This document shows, in pieces, positions 61,640 to 64,000 of a stretch of 64,000 nucleotides of DNA; positions within the stretch are counted from its first letter, which is position 1; each line of letters starts with the position of its first letter. This DNA is from an uncultured Candidatus Saccharibacteria bacterium (GTDB taxonomy: Bacteria; Patescibacteriota; Minisyncoccia; Phycocordibacterales; JBBTRF01). The stretch spans positions 7,668 through 71,667 of the forward strand of contig CAZRTH010000002.1 of the NCBI GenBank assembly GCA_964602975.1, given 5' to 3'. Made by a program: the position numbers and the translations under genes. The notes beneath the pieces are model-generated. The model had not been told where the DNA came from and did no database searches. It was given only the letters and a program-made list of their open reading frames with translations.

Positions 61640-63403
61640 ATGGACACCCCGAACGCTCAGAAACATCCAAAACGAAAGAATCCAAAGTATGTGTTCGTCA
61701 TCGGCGGCGTGATGTCAGGCGTCGGCAAGGGCATCGCCTCCTCATCTATCGGAACCCTTCTTCAAGCGAAGGGTTTTTCCGTCAATTTGATGAAGGTGGA
61801 CCCGTATCTCAACGTGGATGCCGGCACGATGAATCCGACCGAGCATGGGGAAGTGTTCGTTCTTGATAGCGGTCTTGAGACCGATCAGGACATGGGCAAC
61901 TACGAACGTTTTTTGAATCGCAGCATGACGCATGACGACTACCTCACGAGCGGCATGATCTACAAGCACGTCATCGACAAGGAGCGTAATCTTGGCTATC
62001 GCGGCCGCTGCGTGGAAGCGATCCCGGATATTCGCGATGAGATTGTTCACCGATTTCGCCGTGCGGCTGAGAAGAGCGGGGCAGAGGTGTCGGTTGTCGA
62101 GATCGGCGGTACTGTCGGCGACTACCAGAACATCATGTTCATCGAAGCGGCCCGCGTTTTGAAGATCAAGCATCCGGAAGACGTGGCTTTCGTGATGGTG
62201 AGCTACCTGCCGATCCCGGGCAAGCTTGGGGAGATGAAGTCGCGTCCGACACAGAATGCGATCCGTCAGCTCCAGTCGTACGGCGTGCAAACCGACATCA
62301 TCATCGGTCGCAGCGAAGTGCCGATCGACAAAAAGCGAAAGGAGAAGATCGCGATCTCTTGCAATGTGCCGGCGGAAAATGTCATCTCCGCTCCGGACAT
62401 TGAAAGCATCTACGATGTGCCGCTCAACTTCGAGCGCGACAAGCTCAGTAAAGTATTGCTCAAGGTCTTGCACGCTCGGCCGAAGGTGAAGGAGGACGGT
62501 CTCGGCAAGTGGCGAGCATTCGTGCATAGCATTAAGACTGCCAACGAGGAGGCGAAAGGCGGTGCGGGCGGGAAGCCTGGCGCGAACGTCGTGAACATCG
62601 CTATCGTCGGAAAATATTTCAATACAGGTGATTTCGTTCTCACCGACTCATATGTGTCGGTGCTCGAGGCGATCAAATATTCAGCATACAAACTCGGCTT
62701 GAAGCCTGTGATCCACACGGTGAACGCGCTGGATTTTGAAAAGAAAAAGCCCAACTTCAAAGTGTTGCAGAAGTTTGACGGTATCTTGGTGCCCGGCGGC
62801 TTTGGTGAGACGGGTATCGAGGGCAAGCTCGCGGTGATCCGTTATGCCCGAGAGCATCAGATTCCATACTTCGGTCTCTGCTACGGCATGCAGCTTCTGG
62901 TGATTGAGTACGCTCGCAATGTGATGGGTTGGAAGGATGCCAACACTGCCGAGATCGATCCTGCTGCCTCAAAGGTGGTGATCGACATCATGCCCGATCA
63001 GAAGAAGAAACTCGCGGAGGGCCAGTATGGCGCTTCGATGCGTCTCGGTGCCTATGAAGCGCACCTGAAGAAAGGGACGATCGCTCGCGAGGCGTATGGT
63101 ACTGATATTGTTTCCGAACGACATCGACATCGATATGAGGTGAACCCGGTGCATATTCCGGATCTGGTGACGGGAGTCATTGGGCAGGGCAAGGGCGAGG
63201 GTTCACATGTCGGTCTCGTGTTTTCCGGCACTTCACCTGACGGCAGCTTGATGGAGATCGCTGAATTGCCTCGCGAAACGCACCCATTCTTTCTTGGCGC
63301 ACAATTTCATCCTGAGTTTCTCGCGCGACCGCTTTCACCGCACCCATTGTTCACCGAATTTTTGAAGGCAGCTGGAGGCGCGGAGAAGAGGAAGGGGAAG
63401 TAA
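61640..63403 (+). CDS. pyrG: CTP synthase
   Basis: GGVMSGVGKG, DPYLNVDAGTM, GLCYGMQ, RHRHRYE, QFHPE. Confidence 0.97.
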   Translation: MDTPNAQKHPKRKNPKYVFVIGGVMSGVGKGIASSSIGTLLQAKGFSVNLMKVDPYLNVDAGTMNPTEHGEVFVLDSGLETDQDMGNYERFLNRSMTHDDYLTSGMIYKHVIDKERNLGYRGRCVEAIPDIRDEIVHRFRRAAEKSGAEVSVVEIGGTVGDYQNIMFIEAARVLKIKHPEDVAFVMVSYLPIPGKLGEMKSRPTQNAIRQLQSYGVQTDIIIGRSEVPIDKKRKEKIAISCNVPAENVISAPDIESIYDVPLNFERDKLSKVLLKVLHARPKVKEDGLGKWRAFVHSIKTANEEAKGGAGGKPGANVVNIAIVGKYFNTGDFVLTDSYVSVLEAIKYSAYKLGLKPVIHTVNALDFEKKKPNFKVLQKFDGILVPGGFGETGIEGKLAVIRYAREHQIPYFGLCYGMQLLVIEYARNVMGWKDANTAEIDPAASKVVIDIMPDQKKKLAEGQYGASMRLGAYEAHLKKGTIAREAYGTDIVSERHRHRYEVNPVHIPDLVTGVIGQGKGEGSHVGLVFSGTSPDGSLMEIAELPRETHPFFLGAQFHPEFLARPLSPHPLFTEFLKAAGGAEKRKGK

Positions 63404-63440
63404 TGAGGGAAGTGGCAGGGTGTCCGCCGATGTTTTCACC

Positions 63441-63495
63441 TACCCGCGGATTTTTCATACGAAAGTATGAAGAAAGTATGAAAAATCCGCGGGTA
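63441..63495. repeat. 55-bp palindromic repeat, copy 2
   Basis: Same as copy 1 except one compensatory G-C to T-A pair. Confidence 0.9.
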
Positions 63496-63591
63496 CTCAA
63501 AAGCACTCGGCACCTGCTCCTCCCGCCACATTCGCTTTACATGTAGCGCATGGATGTGATAAGACTACTGGAGAAAGGAGGAAGTTGTCAT

Positions 63592-64000
63592 ATGGGTAAA
63601 AAACGTCCCACATATCACGTCCACGGTCTTCGACTGTCCAAGTTGCTCACTGAATACAAAGGCTCAAGAGAGGAACTCGATCTCATTGCGAAGGAATACT
63701 TTCCGATGGTTCACAACATAGCTCACGACCTGTGCGGGCAATGGCAAGCCGCGCTCGGCGGTACAGCCGATGAGGGTGACCTGTTTTCAGTAGGCTGTAT
63801 TGCTCTCTATGAGTCGCTTCTTCTGCACTCCGGAGAAAGAGGGGTGTTACAGTCGTGGATCGCCAAACGTGTCAGGTGTGCCATGATCGACGAATGCCGC
63901 CGGACGGATCCTTTGCCTAGATCTATGAGAAGTAAGCTCGGTAAATCCGGCGAGGCACCACCCGTCGTTCCGAGTCACTCAAATCCCGCGATCAAGACCA
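63592..64000 (+). CDS. Divergent FliA/WhiG (sigma-28-like) region-2 protein, 3'-truncated by the window
   Basis: Manual translation: ..YFPMVHNIA..DEGDLFSVGCIALYES..RVRCAMIDECRRTDPLPRSMR; SD AAGGAGG; absent from the ORF track. Confidence 0.65.
   Translation, partial: MGKKRPTYHVHGLRLSKLLTEYKGSREELDLIAKEYFPMVHNIAHDLCGQWQAALGGTADEGDLFSVGCIALYESLLLHSGERGVLQSWIAKRVRCAMIDECRRTDPLPRSMRSKLGKSGEAPPVVPSHSNPAIKT

Overview
This 64 kb window looks like chromosome from a Patescibacteria (CPR, Parcubacteria-like) bacterium. The inference rests on an N-terminally short RF2, a VirD4/TraG-like ATPase next to ndk, a full type IV pilus/ComF locus, a tRNA-Ile(UAU) and a group I intron in a tRNA. Housekeeping genes include ndk, infC-rpmI-rplT, smpB/tmRNA, ftsH, recG, ung, ligA, gatCA, prfB, ftsEX and pyrG, plus seven tRNAs and a 6S-like RNA. 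The strongest accessory signal is a ~10 kb co-oriented block (10858-21139) beyond the tmRNA 3' end. It holds a frameshift-split MoxR/dynein-type AAA+ ATPase and a transglutaminase-vWA(MIDAS) protein, followed by a translationally coupled E2-JAB-E1-Ubl ubiquitin-like conjugation operon whose Ubl ends in GTKG. Other points of interest: a 197-nt group I intron in tRNA-Thr(GGU); an unassigned ~350-nt RNA candidate with a long-range pseudoknot upstream of prfB; a covarying 55-bp palindromic repeat; identical 29-nt boxes in three pilin genes; a phased array of DnaA-box-like 9-mers; and widespread leaderless-type promoters. All calls come from manual motif reading, and no database searches were run.
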